This document shows, in pieces, positions 14,095-28,975 of a stretch of 64,000 bases of DNA. This DNA is from Eledone cirrhosa. Its lineage: Eukaryota. Both the position numbers and the translations under genes were made by a program. Under the pieces are notes generated by a model, which saw nothing but the letters and a program-made list of their open reading frames with translations, searched no databases and had not been told where the DNA came from. The DNA lies in assembly GCA_964016885.1 (NCBI GenBank), contig OZ024742.1, positions 249,426,001-249,490,000 on the forward strand. The letters run 5' to 3'. Each line of letters begins with the position of its first letter. Position 1 is the stretch's first letter.

Positions 14095-15385
14095 TCGCTC
14101 CACCCTAATTTACGTGTCCCAATAACTTTTTTTCAGTTATTGCTCGCACCAACCAGAGGTATAGCCAGCCACTCTATCTCAGCTGGCCTCTTCCTCACCC
14201 TTTCACTCATTCACTCTCTGCTTCTCCCCCTCTCTCACTTCCTCCCGTTTGACCTGTGTGAAATCCTTTTCTCGCTCACACCTCACCCAGATCGGATGGT
14301 CTTTACCTCTCGTCTATGATTTCACCGAGCTTAAGTTCATAGATATCACGGACTTGTCTCTTCTCTTCCTCTCTTTCCGTTGCATTACCATCTATGCTTG
14401 TTTACATGTCCCGCTCGCTTCACCCTATTTTACGTGTCCCAATAACTTTCTTTAGTTATTGCTCGCACCAACCAGTGGTATATGATCTTTAAAGCGAAGG
14501 AATACCAATGAAGGTTGGAAGATCACTGATGAAGGACAAATTTTAATCATATGTAGCCCATGTGCAACCACACAGCTCGCCATTTTTCATATATTTATAT
14601 TTTTTCCTCCGCTGCGACCTGTCTGTTTCTTTCTTACTGCTTCCCCATTCTCTGTAGCTCTCACCTTCGTTTTACCCCCTCTGCCAGTCACTCTGTCTCA
14701 GCTGGCCTCTTCCTCACACTTTCACTCACTCACTCACTCTCTGCTTCTCCCTCTCTCTCACTTCCTCCCGTTTGGCCTGTGTGAAAAACTTTTCTCGCTC
14801 ACATCTCGCTCACCCAGGTCGGATGGTCTTTACCTCTCGTCTATGATTTCACCGAACTTAAATTCATAGATATCACGGACTTGTCTCTTCTCTTCCTATC
14901 TTTCCGTTGCATTACCATCTATGTTTGTTTACATGTCTCGCTCGCTTCACCCTAATTTACATGCCCCAATAACTTTTTTTCAGTTATTGCTCGCACCAAC
15001 TAGAGGTATAGCCAGTCACTCTCTCTCTCAGCTGGCCTCTTCCTCACCCTTTCACTCACTCACTGCTTCTCCCCCTCTCTCACTTCCTCCCGTTTGACCT
15101 GTGTGAAATCCTTTTCTCGCTCACATCTCGTCCAGATCGGATAGTCTATGATTTCACCGAGCTTAAGTTCGTAGATATCACGGACCTGTCTCTTCTCTTC
15201 TTCTCTTTCCGTTGCATTAGCATCTATGTTTGTTTACATGTCTCGCTCGCTTCACCATATCTTACGTGTTGTCCCAATAACTTTCTTTAGTTATGCTCGC
15301 ACTAACCAGAGGTATATGATCTTTAAAGCGAAGAAATACCAATGAAGGTTGGAAGATCACTGATGAAGGACAAATTTTATTCATA
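14095..15385 (+). repeat. Tandemly reiterated C/T-rich PLE-like 3' UTR units with half hammerhead cores
   Basis: Repeated ~300-bp blocks (ccagtcactctgtctcagctggcctcttcctcac...); ctgatgaaggacaaatttt at ~14527 and ~15360; related to 54050-54480. Confidence 0.65.
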
Positions 15386-15817
15386 TATATATATATATAT
15401 TCATATATATATATATATATATACGCCTCACCATACACTCATAGTTCCCTGTATGTTAGTAAGTACAAACCTCTTAATCGGACGCTAAATTACAGCAATT
15501 TCATCTTTATCTTTATAATCTATATCTTTTTCGTACTCTCTTCCTTCCGGCCTTCCTTACTATTTGCGTGTGTCTTTTGCTATATATATATATATGTATA
15601 TATATATGTGTGTATGTATGTATATGTATGTGTGTATGTGTATATATCTTTCTAGACGTGCGTAGGCCTGTATGTGAATATGCGCATATTTGTATGATCG
15701 TATATGAGCCAGTGTGTGTGTACAAGCACATAATGTAGCCAAAGGGCTTTTTGGTGTGTATATATCTATGCGTGTATGTGGGTATATATATATATGTGTA
15801 TATATATATATATGTGC

Positions 15818-15856
<39 letters not shown>

Positions 15857-15858
<2 letters not shown>

Positions 15859-15965
15859 AACCAATAGGGGTCTTATTGGTTCCTATTACCCACTCTACTA
15901 CCCTAAGTATTGAGTACTTTGGTACGTTATGGTCCACCTGGTTCCTTACCACATTCCCTTCGTTA
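15857..15965 (-). repeat. Interspersed repeat antisense to 18162-18250
   Basis: ttcctattacccactctactaccctaagtat...ggtccacctgg...cttcgtta. Confidence 0.7.
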
Positions 15966-16158
15966 TATATATATATATATATATAAATATTTATATATAT
16001 ATATAAATATATATGTATATATACGTATAAATATACACACACATATATATAAACACACATATATATATATACACACACATATACATACATATATATACAC
16101 ACACACATACACACACACATATATATATATATATATATGCACACACACATACATACAA

Positions 16159-16235
<77 letters not shown>

Positions 16236-16377
16236 ATATTATATATATATATATAAATATATATATATATTTGTATGTATGTGTGTGTGCATATATATAT
16301 ATAGATATATATGTGTGTGTGTATATATATGTATGTATGTATATGTGTGTGTGTATATATATATATATATATCAATT

Positions 16378-16575
16378 TTAGTACAGCATAGATGAAGCTC
16401 TAGTATACGGCCAAGCTAGCGTGTATGCTTATTCGGTTTGTAGCTTTAGCACTCAGATAATGTAAAACCCCAGAATAATAACATTATGTTCAGACAGCTT
16501 AGCAAACCAGATATAGCAGTCGGCAGTCCGACCGCATTACTAGAGCAACGAAAATACAGGACCCAGGAAAAGATT
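16378..16575 (+). repeat. Interspersed repeat homologous to 1130-1328
   Basis: See 1130-1328. Confidence 0.7.
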
Positions 16576-17380
16576 TTTTTACTGACCTGGGCATAACGCT
16601 GAAGCTGAGTGTAAAATATATAATCCACATGGTGTTTCCACAATATAGATCGCAATATCGCACGCAACGACAGCGCTAAGATTCTGCAAATACATGATCG
16701 ACAAATTCCTATTGCAAGAGTCTGCAATATAATGGTTTTTGACAACAGAACATAGGATTTACTTCTTCAGCAAGTCTTTCGTTCCTAGCTAAAGCGGGTA
16801 TGTTGTGACTTTAAAGGTCGGCACAGACACATGGTTTTCTCCAAGGGAGGTAAACCCCGCCTTTTAGGTGGTGTATTCTAATTTGAGATAATATATATAT
16901 ATATATATGTTTATATATATGTATGTGTATATATATACGTATATATACGTTTATATACATGTGTGTGTTTGCGAGCGAGGCTGTATCTGTGTCTGTATAT
17001 GGGCATGTAGGCAGGCGTCTGTGTATGTGTATGTGTATGTCTTTATTTTTTTTATTTTTTTTATTTTATATGTCCTCCTTAAATAAGTGTGTGTGTGTGT
17101 GTGTGTATAGCGCCAGTCTATGCGTACGGACGTTGTTTTCTTTGGGATTGTGTGTGTGTGTATGTGTGTGTGTGTATATGTGTGTGTGAGTGCGCGCGTG
17201 GACGTGTGAACTACCAAACCCAGCAGTAACTCATCGAAGTGTGGCAGAATGGTCAGCCGAAATTGGCACCTGTTGGTCAGATTTACGATGACTTAGAAAA
17301 GCAGCAGCCAATAACGGGACGCGCGAAGAGGATGTTTCTTGACGCCAACGCCCCAGTGAAAGAATTTGGTGAGAAAGCAT

Positions 17381-17756
<376 letters not shown>

Positions 17757-17847
17757 TCACCAGTCCCCCACACTTCACTCTCAAGTGTGGAACTAAAACC
17801 TACCACTTGTACTGCCTCTCTGATTTTTGTTCTCTGTTCACTTATTC

Positions 17848-17883
<36 letters not shown>

Positions 17884-17889
<6 letters not shown>

Positions 17890-18111
17890 TAAAATAACAG
17901 ATTAAAGTTTAAGCAAAGAATCGCTGCTTTCACCCTTAACAGGATCTTCTGAAAGTTTTAGAAGATCCCGTTAAGGGTGAAAGCAGCGATTCTTTGCTTA
18001 AACTTTAATCTGTTACTTTAATAAATATTTGCTCTACAGATCTTATATATTTGATATATATTTATCCTTATCGAACCCTCTTTGGATTTTAGTCTTCGAA
18101 TTTATTAGTAT

Positions 18112-18115
<4 letters not shown>
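17884..18115. repeat. Family A fold-back (inverted arms 17884-17950 and 17959-18026) plus tail
   Basis: tttattaaaataacagattaaagtttaagc...ggatcttctg versus agaagatcccgttaagggtgaaagcagcgattctttgcttaaac... Confidence 0.85.
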
Positions 18116-18161
<46 letters not shown>

Positions 18162-18163
<2 letters not shown>

Positions 18164-18348
18164 CGAAGGAAGGGTGGTAAGGGTCCAGGTGGACCATAAC
18201 GCACCAGAGTACGCGGCGATACTTAGGGTAGTAGAGTGGGTAATAGGAAAAGAGTCAGGATCCCGACGGCTGAGCTCCGGCCGGGTTAGTTCAGGTCTAG
18301 CTGTCGAAACGGCCGGAGCTCAGCTGTCGGGGTCCTGACTCTTTTCCG
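18162..18348. repeat. GC-rich hairpin repeat between (TA)n tracts
   Basis: ggaaaagagtcaggatcccgacggctgagctccggccg pairs with cggccggagctcagctgtcggggtcctgactcttttcc; related to 56300-56420. Confidence 0.75.
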
Positions 18349-18363
18349 ATATATATATTTATA

Positions 18364-18438
<75 letters not shown>

Positions 18439-18844
18439 TTGTGTGTGTGCACGTGTATCTAATGCTATATCTATCTGTATGTGGGTCTATTTCTATAAAA
18501 TCGTACTTGTGTGTTTGTACGAGTATATGTATTGGAGAGGAGTACTATATACAAATTGATACGAAAGAATCAAATAATCAGACAAACAAATATTGGGGTT
18601 TTTATATGCACGTTATATTTCTATTGGGAAACATTTACTTTATTTCTCCCCTCCCCCCTCTCTCCCCCACCCTCTCTCACTGCTCCCCTCTCTCACGCTC
18701 CGAACACACACAAACGCGCAGATTTATATTCGTTCATTGATATCAGTCAATATTCTGCGGCCATGCTGGGTAACCGCCTTGATTTTAGGCGATCATATCG
18801 ACCGCAGGATTTATTTTTTTTAAGACTGATACTTTTTCATCGAT

Positions 18845-19035
18845 TTTATTCTGTTGAGCCGTTATAATACGGCACACAAACACTGCCGCAAATATAGACA
18901 TGGATATACGTACGTTTATACAATTATATGACGGGCTTCTATAATTCACCCTCATAAGATATTGCTTAACTCGAGACTATAGTTTAAGACACTTACCCAA
19001 GTTGCCATGCAGCGGGATTGAACCCATAACACTGA
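18845..19035 (-). mobile_element. Degenerate second tRNA-SINE family
   Basis: aagacacttacccaagttgccatgcagcgggattgaaccc is the reverse of a B-box-containing head (gggttcaatcccgctgc). Confidence 0.6.
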
Positions 19036-19844
19036 CGGGGAATTTCGACTGGTCACTTTGCTCGATTGGTAGAGGGCTATTAGTGCCTGACAATATTCCA
19101 AGTGCCAGGTGCCTTGTCTCGGTCTTCACTTTCCGAAGACTGCACATCATTAAAAAGACGATTTGCGGAAAGACCTGCCTTACAAACAGTGAATACACTT
19201 GTTCACCGTTTAGGAATATCTACAAGTGCCATATCCTCAATGCATATTTGTGCATCATCAGCCATGACATGTCCGCCCATCCAAGCAAAGGTTGTTGACA
19301 GCACATAGATCATTAAAGGTGTGGATTGTGTGGAGGTGACAGAGAGAGAAGGAGGGTGCAAAAGCTTCACAAAACTGCTGAAATAATTAGACCGTCTGAC
19401 AGGTATCAACGGGATTTCCCAAATGTGCGGCATCGGGTCATTCAGATCGTACAGAGATAGGATATTATTGTAGTATTATTATCCTCAGTATCATTACATT
19501 TAAAACATTACTTTCATTGGGAAATGTTACATAGATGGTAGGAAAAATATATTCAGTTAAAATAGAAAAGCAAATACGAGTCCCAGTAGTTTTCATAGCA
19601 CGTATTAGTGCTTCCAGTCCCACTAAATAACCCAATTAGATATCTTTTATTCTCATTGCATACAAACAGCAGCAATTCAATTAAATGTTTTCATATGTTG
19701 TTGTTCTGTTTCTCTATTTGTTCGTGATGTTTTCGAAATATTTATATCTACGTCCACGAATTGATATGTCTCAGTTTCAGAATTTCCCTTATAAGGATGA
19801 ATGCAGAAATTGTTTGCTTAAACTTTTAACTGAGTTAAAAACTA

Positions 19845-20070
19845 TAACAATTATTTTTTTCTGATTTATGCACAAGGTCAACAATTTATGAGAGGGGGGG
19901 GGGTAAAGTCGATTAAATTTACCCCAGTGCATTACTAGTGCTATATTTTATCGATACTGTAAGAATAAAAGGCAAAGCTAACATCGGTGTGATTTGAACT
20001 CATAACGTAAAGGGCTGTAACTCTATGCCACAAGCATGTTATCCAACACTCTATCGATAATGACAATCCA
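19845..20070 (-). mobile_element. Degenerate OR-like SINE
   Basis: Reverse complement of the SINE consensus (gatttgaactcataacgtaaagggctgtaactctatg). Confidence 0.75.
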
Positions 20071-20074
20071 GAAA

Positions 20075-21185
20075 TAATCACACCGCGGAAGGTCTTTCAG
20101 AAATCCTGGAACTACTGCCAAGAAGAGTATTTTCGTTTCGTAAACCACGAAAATCATGTGACTGCGTTCCACGGGACCTGCTGTGGAAGGAGTTTCAGGT
20201 GTAAGAGATCGATGGTCAGTTTCTTGTTGCTGTGCTGTCTCTCTCTATACGAATGCCCGCGTATTTGTCTTCGGAAAAATATAGCTGAGTCAAAATCATT
20301 CAATGTGAGTGTAAGACTCTGCCAAATTTGCATACTGTCACCTCTCCTGTTCATAATCTTCCTGAACACGATTGTGCAGTAGTGTTGGAAGTCATATCAG
20401 TCGGTTGGAATTTGCGAATGGCATAGTACTACTTAACTCGTCAAAAGGTGATTTCCGACTTGCTCTAAATAGGTTTTTGCCGTGTACTGCACGGTAAGAA
20501 TGAAAATCAATGCCACGATATCTAAGATACTCGTCCTTTCAAGGAAGCCTGCGCAGTGCAGTCTACATGTGCGTGGAGTTCCACAGAAGCAGGTGGAGAG
20601 ATTCAAGTATATCGAAGTCCTCTTCACGAGTGATGGAAGGCAGTAGGCTGAATTGAGTGCATGAATTCGAGGATATGGTACACTAATGCGCTAGCTTCAG
20701 CATTCAGTCACCAGAAGAAAGGAGGTAGTTGTAAAATCCAAAGTCACTATCTTCGTGCCGACCCTTATTTATGGGTAATGACTGAGAAGATACAATCACG
20801 AATACAAGCGGCCGAAATGAAATTCCTCCGATGGACTTTGGAGTAACGTTACTTGATAGAGGGCTTAATTCGGATATCACAGAGTCGCTTTAAGTTAAGT
20901 CGGTTTTACTCGAAATTGAAAGATCAAATCTCCAATATTACGGACATTGGTTTGACTGTCTCAGAACAGAATCATTGGAGAGATTTTACGAGAAAACCAA
21001 CCAGCAAGAGACCCAGGTGTAGACCCCGTGCATGCATGATAGTTTGATAACATCTATGAGGTCGGCTGGCCTCATTTGGGGATCCATCCAGATCAATTAT
21101 GATCAGTTGCTTCTGATAGGACCCTCTGGAAGGCGTGTTCCAGGACTCTTCCACATTACCCTCCCCGGAATAAATGGGCCAAGAA
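20075..21185 (+). pseudogene. Degenerate RTE-clade LINE (RT and 3' region)
   Basis: Broken frames: SFNVSVRLCQICILSPLLFIIFL (RQGCxLSPLLF-like), KQVERFKY, RIQAAEMKFLR, KRPRCRPR. Confidence 0.75.
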
Positions 21186-22062
21186 GATATATATAGGGAG
21201 AGTTAGAGAGAGAGAGAAACATAAAGAGAGAAGTGTATATGAAGGTATATAATAAACCTTTATGTATATTAGACATATATATGTTTGGCCATGAATGTTT
21301 TCAGCTGTGATCAGATTATTATCTCAGTAACTCGGAGAGAACGCCTGAAACTTATTCCTGGATTTCTCTCCGTCATCGCTGAAGCTTATTCACTCTGTAC
21401 TGGAACATATATTGGTATGGCTAATATAACACTTGCGTATAGAACGTCAACTGGAGAGTCTCGTTTACATACAGTGAGAGCACGACCGGCTAGGATTAAG
21501 CAGTAATTCAAAATAGGGGATAAATAAGGAGACTTATACGATGTGTGTATGCATAATAAACTCAAAAAAGTCTCGTTCTGATTGTTTTAGGCTGTAATCA
21601 AAGCAGGGTTACATCAATAGTCGTGTGAGAATGTCAGACACGTGCTTCTGATTTTTGTCCTGGTATATAAAAGATGACTTTTCATACGCTTTCAACCTAG
21701 CATATTCCACTTTGACGACATTAATTAATTAATTTAAAACTACAATAGTAGAAGTTACTTGAGTCAAATGTTGCCGAATTCCGATACACATAGTTACGAA
21801 GCGAACTGCTTTAACTGAACATGTCTGTGTCTACGTTTATTATAAGAAACATATGTTATATGATTTGGTGTAAATATTTATTGATAAACACAGTATGTAT
21901 ACGTGCTCTAGTTATTAACGACCGACAATCAATTTTATAATGATTATATAAATGTTGTTATGATTGCCGGAATTCTGTACACCTTTCCTATACATATGTT
22001 CTCAGCTCCAGTAATGTCGGTGAATTGTTTGACACAGATAACTGATCCATGATGATTATTTA

Positions 22063-22252
22063 CGGTGAATTAGCAGTATCAGTAGAGGGTCGGACGCCAT
22101 GCTTTGACGTATAGAGTTACGGCCCTTGCCATTCTGAGTTCAAATCCCGCCGAGGTTAACTTTGCCTTTCATCCTTATGGGGTCGATAAAATAAAGTACC
22201 AGTAATCTACTGGGTAATTGCTGGCCTTGTGCCAAAAGTAGAAACAATTATT
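22063..22252 (+). mobile_element. tRNA-derived SINE, OR-like family
   Basis: Full match to family consensus. Confidence 0.85.
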
Positions 22253-22254
22253 TA

Positions 22255-22437
22255 ATGAGAATAGAAACTAATTTGGTTCGATTATCATTTCTCATTACCA
22301 GCTGCCCGACACCCCTGCGGTTACCCAGGGAGTTTATTTTTATTGCAGAACTAAATCGAAATCCTTATTTACTAAACAAATGGGACGTATGAATGTATGC
22401 ATGTATATATATATATTTACATATATATATATATATT

Positions 22438-22490
<53 letters not shown>

Positions 22491-22533
22491 ATGTGTGTAT
22501 GTGTGTGTGTGTGTGTGTATATATGAATGTATG

Positions 22534-22591
<58 letters not shown>

Positions 22592-22626
22592 TGTATGTAT
22601 GTATGTATATATGGATGTATATATGA

Positions 22627-22666
<40 letters not shown>

Positions 22667-22684
22667 ATATGGATGTATATATGA

Positions 22685-22750
<66 letters not shown>

Positions 22751-22908
22751 TTATGTGTGTGTGTGTGTACACGGAATCGTATACCATATGTTTATTAATC
22801 ATATATTTCTATTTAGTCCGCAATGAAAATAAACTCCCTGGGTAACCGCAGGGGTCGGGCAGCTGGTAATGAGAAATGAAAATCGAATCAGAATAGTTAT
22901 TATTGTCA
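22255..22908. repeat. Imperfect inverted repeat (~135-bp arms) flanking a microsatellite block
   Basis: 22255-22392 versus 22777-22908, core catttctcattaccagctgcccgac(a)cccctgcggttacccagggagtttattt. Confidence 0.8.
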
Positions 22909-23031
22909 GCAAAGAATCACCGGAGATCTCTTAACTGTGTCTTATAATTCACCGACTCACAGACAAAGACACATTCATACAGACCAACTGACAGACACAC
23001 ACACACACATACACATATGCACCCCCCCCCC

Positions 23032-23085
<54 letters not shown>

Positions 23086-23147
23086 ATATACATATGCATA
23101 TCTGCACGCAAATGTTTATGTATTTCTCTCTCTCTCCCCCTCTCTCC

Positions 23148-23181
<34 letters not shown>

Positions 23182-23198
23182 TTCCCTCTTTCTCTCTC

Positions 23199-23279
<81 letters not shown>

Positions 23280-24979
23280 ATGTGTGTGTGTGTGTGTGTG
23301 CGAGTGTACTTGTCTATTTATACCTGTTTGTAAGTCGGTTTAAGAAACTCAGGCAATAACATGTTTTTTCCTAGGACGTCTTCATAAATTGAATGTCTCC
23401 CTGGCGACATACACCCTCGTTAAACCGTCTTCAACCGTCTACCAGCCTGTTATTGTGTATATCCAGTTTATATCACATATGTTGCACTGGTGAAAGAGGT
23501 TCACAGTTACCACCTAACATGACCTACTTCCACAAATTATTCAACTGGGTCACATTAGTTCGTCATACATTAGTACTTGAATTTTTTGCACCCAATCGTG
23601 TAAATCATTCATCTCTCCAGACACTAGATACATATATCCACTTACCTCCCTTCCTTATACTGATCCATCATTAACTATGGTATTTAACAACGTTTTTCAC
23701 CTCTGCAGGCGTTGCATAGATCCTAGTTATCTCCCTTTTGAAATAGATTCTCGTTAAACATGGAAACTTATCAACGGAAACACCAACCACCAAGATTTCA
23801 AAACTAGTTAACATCAATCCGTGGTCAGAATTAGAAGGATCTAGGTTAATAGTTCCCAACCATGCATTTGTAAGTCTCCGGAAAGCTAGTACTGCCGGTC
23901 CGTTGCATCTTGGGTGAGCATCATTTACCATTGCCTTCGGTAAAACCCATGTGTTGTGAAGGCTTTCGAATAGGCGAAAAGAGTTTGGAAGCCCTTTGTA
24001 TGGATTGCATCAATAATTCACGGAGCTAGCTTCGTCCAATACTGTGTCAAGGTGGTTATTGCTAAGAAGTACATTAAGGGTACGTTGGTCTCTTAAATGT
24101 AATGTTGTCACTTACACAATAATTTCATGAGCAGGCTGTTCCATTTATCGACCTACTGGAACACTCATTCACGAAACTGTCCATCGGATTTAGTGTAGTC
24201 CGAGATATAGTATGATAATGTAGAAAGATTGTGTAGTCCTAGATATATATAATAGTTTACAAATATATTGTTCTAGAGCAAAGGTTCTCAACCCATTTCG
24301 GCCAGACGCCCCCTTTAGCCCATCAAAATCACGAAACGCCCCCCCCCTACCCTATTTTTCCATTTTTCAATATACTACTGATTTTAATATCAGTAGATTA
24401 CCGGGCCAAATCAAGTTTGTTAGAATCTTTAAAAAGATCTTTAAAAAATACTCGTACGAATTAAATACAAAAAAGTTTCAGTCCAAAGAAAATTATATAT
24501 TTTTGAAAAATAGACGTGAATGTTCTCAAAGATTTAATCTCAGTCGAAAAAGCTTTTTTTATAAATTCTATATTTCACTGTTAGCTGTTGTAATATTTTG
24601 AGTGGATAGACAATTCTACAATTCAAACTGTGAAGTCAAAATACAAAAGATGCAAAATATGAAGAAATTCTTACCTTTCTCTCGAATCACAAACTCAATG
24701 GAAAAATAGTACCTTCCAAAATAAAGTGGCTCGATCACAAACTAAGTTGCAATGCATGAATAGAGATGCTTGGTGACTGAACAAACAATATAAGTATCCC
24801 TTATATATACATAGATAGATATACACACACATACCCGCGCGCGCGCACACTAACACACACAAACAAATTTGTGTGTGTGTCTGTGTGTGCCATGTTTTTG
24901 GTACAGAAAGAAGTTTGACTCCAGTTTTTATTGTCAGGTCGAATGCCACTTCTCTTTTCAACAACGTTAAATAAGAACG

Positions 24980-25034
<55 letters not shown>

Positions 25035-25796
25035 ATGTGTGTGCGTGTGTGTGTATAAAGGATAACAAAATATCGTTATAGGTAACCCAATTAGAGGTTG
25101 TGAATACTTCTTATTATGGATAGTTTTAGCGTACGGCGTTGCTTGACTCAACAAGAGGTTTACGTAGATGACGAGTTTATGATTTCACTTGTATTCCTAT
25201 GTAAGTTTAAATTGGAGTAATAACATTGAAAAAGTGGAGAATAACATGGTCAACAGTACAAAAAAGGGGATTTATTTGCAGTCTAACAATTGATTCACTG
25301 ATAGAGTTGTCTAAAAATTGCTGAACACTAAAAGCAGTGCCACTCAATTTTAGATACGATGTTAACTCTATTAGATCTTCGGAAACTGTTAAAAAAATAT
25401 ATATGTAACCGGCAAATTTACAAATTCAAATTACATTATCAATAATAATATTAATAATAAAGATATAGAGAGAAAAGGGGGAAGAAAGGGAGATAGATAC
25501 AGTAAAGAAAGAAAGGAAAGGAAGGAGAAAGAAGAAGAAGGAAAAAGAAAATGAAAAGGAGAAAGAAGAAGAAAAAGGAGAAATTATTATAGATAGAAAT
25601 ATAAAGAGAAGATATATAGAAGATGATGGTAGATATAGGAGAGACAAACATAAGTAGAAATAACGTAGGATAGAAAGAAGAATAGAGGGACAAATAAATG
25701 AATAAACGTTAATACATGAATAAATGTAAATAAAAATAAAAGTAGATATATAATAAATATATGAGAAAATATATTTAAAAAATATATAAAAATTGA

Positions 25797-25835
<39 letters not shown>

Positions 25836-26339
25836 ATGAATAAATAAGTTATATCGAATGTGATATAAAATGGTATAAAATGTGTAAAATGAAGAATAAA
25901 AATAAATACGTAAAAGGAGTAAAAAGAGTAAAAATGAGCGAAGAATATTTAAATATATTAAAATTATTAAGAATGGTTTTTGAGAATTGTTGAAATATAT
26001 GAAAAGATAATAAGGTGAAAATATGATAATGTTAAATATATTTATGTGTGTATTGGTTATTTTAATAAATAAATAAATTAATTAGTTTTACGTTATATTA
26101 TATGATAAAATAAAATGACAGAGATGAAATAAATTTAAGCAGAGAAATATAAAGATAAAGAGTGAAAAATAGAGATATATAAAATAAGAATGTAAATATA
26201 TAAGGTTTTGATGTTGTTCTTTGATAGATGATGACAATTATTTTTATAATTATAATTATAATGATGATGATGTTGACAATGTGATATCATAATAGATCTA
26301 AGTGGTACAACCTGGGTTATGGAATAGATAGGATGGAAT

Positions 26340-26822
26340 TAAGTTGGTCTAAAGTTCTCAAATTTAGTCGTCGATTTATGTCGACAAAAAATAGTTTTTC
26401 CAATTTTACTGTTAAGAAGAATTTTGTTATAATTTAAAATTTGGAAAAGTTCCATATTATAGAGACCACAATGGGACATACCAATATGATAGCTTTGTCC
26501 AGGTGATTTTATATTCCATGTTTGCATCTTTGAGTTGCCAGATTTTATTGGCGAGAGTCGTTGTCTTTGAGAGATTCCTGTTAGTAATCGAGTGTCTATG
26601 CACGTAACACCTTTTCTTAAACTCCCCAGCTGTGGAACCAATGTAATGCCATGCTAAACTACCTGAATTTATAGTACATAGGTATACTATATTTGTCTCT
26701 AGGCATCTATTCTGTAAAGGGCATTTGTCAGGTAGATGGCAGTTACATTTAGATGCTTTTCTATGCGCCGGTTCTTCTATATGATTTTGTAGGTTGCTAT
26801 GTATGGGCTGAGAATTGGGTTT
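26340..26822 (-). pseudogene. PLE GIY-YIG endonuclease fragment (Naiad-like)
   Basis: CNCHLPDKCPLQNRCLETNIVY...YIGSTAGEFKKRCYVHRHS...TTLANKIWQLKD; frameshifted tail with LLNSK..IF..CRHK. Confidence 0.8.
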
Positions 26823-26880
26823 GTTTCGCTCTGAGAATAGGGTTTGTAACAGATAATCCGTGGGCATCATCAGCGAGAGA
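26822..26880 (-). ncRNA. Hammerhead core, truncated after GAAAC
   Basis: CTGATGA tgccc...gagc GAAAC fused directly to the GIY-YIG fragment; inverted twin CTGATGG tgccc...gggc GAA at 27135-27183. Confidence 0.5.
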
Positions 26881-27375
26881 ATAGATTAAATGAATCAAAC
26901 ACCTAATCCAAAAGCCACACGAAGGAATATTTCACCTCGTGTGCAAGAAGTCAAAAGTGGTGGAAGTGGATTGGCTAGAAATAATAGCCTAATACACCCA
27001 ACTTATAAGCTCACTTAGTAGGGAGCCGAAATACAAATAAAAGGCAGAGTTAATAACTCATACTCATACAAGGTGAAATATTTATTCGTGTGGCTATTGG
27101 CTTAGGTGTTTGTTTCATTTAATCTATTCTCTCGCTGATGGTGCCCACGGATTATCTGTTACAAACACAATTCTCAGGGCGAACAGATTAAATCTATAAT
27201 CTGTCCGGGAGATGTAATAGTTATTGAGGCGGTGGGTCGATTTTTTTATTTTATTTTATGTATGTTCCGTTTGTTTCTAATTAGATTTCTCAAACAAATG
27301 TTGTATTGCCACCCTCGTAATTTTAGACACACGATTTACTGTGTTTATTACTATATATATATATATTATATATAG

Positions 27376-28975
27376 TAATAATAATAAATTTGAAGACTAA
27401 AATCCAAAGAGGGCTCGATAAGGATAAATATATATCAAATATATAAGAACCGTAGAGCAAATATTTATTAAAATAACAGATTAAAGTTTAAGCAAAGAAT
27501 CGCTGCTTTCACCCTTAACGGGATCTTCTGAAACTAACAAAGTCAATCTGTAAACGCAGAACTGGATATTTAAAAAAACGTTGCAACCGGAGGAAGACAG
27601 GAAGACGATACTTTGGTTCGTGGAAACGTTCGCTGGCAAAGAACGGGAAAAAACGAATAATACGTCATTAATAGGAGCGGTGAAAAACAATTACGCGCAA
27701 AGACAGAACCACGTTTATGATATAAAAGAGGTCGTAGACTAATGTTCTCATAGGTGGTTCATAGAGACGTTCTCTGGCAATGAACGAAAAAACGAAGATA
27801 ATACGTCATATGTGGAGCGTGGAGAACAATAGCACGCAAAGACAAAACCGCGTAAATGGTATAGCAGAAGTCGTAGACTAAAATTCTAACTAGGACACCA
27901 AATGAATCTCCGCTACAGAGTTAAGAACAAGTAAATAAATACAATACAGAAGTAATAGAAATAAATAAATACATACACGCAAACAAATACGTACATACAC
28001 AAGCATACGCAAAACCTTACCATAGGTATACAGAACCACGCACATATAAATATGTGTGTGTGTATGCGTGTATACAAATAAATAAATAATTATATAAACG
28101 TATATAAATAAATAAATACGTATATAACAAGCGCACACACATACCTACATATAAATACACGAATGTTCGGAGACGTAAGTCAACTAAAACAAGAAGTACA
28201 CGTATACAGACACCCACCATACGTACGAACCCGCATACTCACACAGGCGCAAAACTCCCGTATACACATAGCCAAACCCTATGTACCAGAATATATAAAA
28301 TTATACGCCAAAACAATCAAATATACGCACGAGAAGGTATACGTACCTTCACAAAACAAACGGGTAATACATACTTACCTATGCAAATAAGTAAAGGAAT
28401 AAACAAAACATATACTTAGCTCCCACATCAAGACGTAAAATATCCACGTATAGATCGTACTATCCGTTAGGGTATAACGTGGGGCTGTAATACAGGAAAG
28501 TTTTGTGCAATTTATGTTTACAAGCCGAAATTGCCTCAGATTTTTTGTTTAAGATGTGGTCTGTGGCGTAGAGTATTTCCAGGGCCTCAGCGGCGCAGAG
28601 GTCACATGGTCTTTTATTTCCGTTATACGATCTAGCCCTAGCTAGGATCTCCCAGTGTAACCTATATTGGGTGTGGTTGTCTTTTAGACTCCAGATATAA
28701 GCTGAAAGTGACGTCATATTCCTTCTTAGAGGGTAACGAAAAGAATGGGTATGCATGTAAAGGCGCTGCTTGAAACTATTGGCGGTTAACCCTATATAGG
28801 TCCTACGGGACATGGATGTTACAACCTTACATTTGTAGACAAGGTTACTACCTAGCCATAGGAACACGTGCAACCCTGTAGTTAGTACTAACTGTAATTG
28901 TAGGAATCGGGCTGATTACCCCATATCCGGGAAATGCCTCTCTAGTAACTTTGTCTACAAATGTAAGGTTGTATA
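27376..28975 (-). mobile_element. 5'-truncated PLE family A: GIY-YIG, 3' UTR and HHR-like terminal repeat
   Basis: ORF 28460-28873 upstream of the family A tail; short inverted piece 28916-28973 encodes PISGKCLSSNFVYKCKVV on the + strand. Confidence 0.8.
28460..28873 (-). pseudogene. PLE GIY-YIG endonuclease C-terminal domain (Naiad-like)
   Basis: NLVYKCKV...TYIGLTANSFKQRLYMHTHSF...TSLSAYIWSLKD...CDLCAAEALEI...LNKKSEAISACKHK. Confidence 0.85.

Noticed and set aside
14095-15385. CRISPR-like array
   Set aside because: Long degenerate units without unique spacers, in a eukaryotic context
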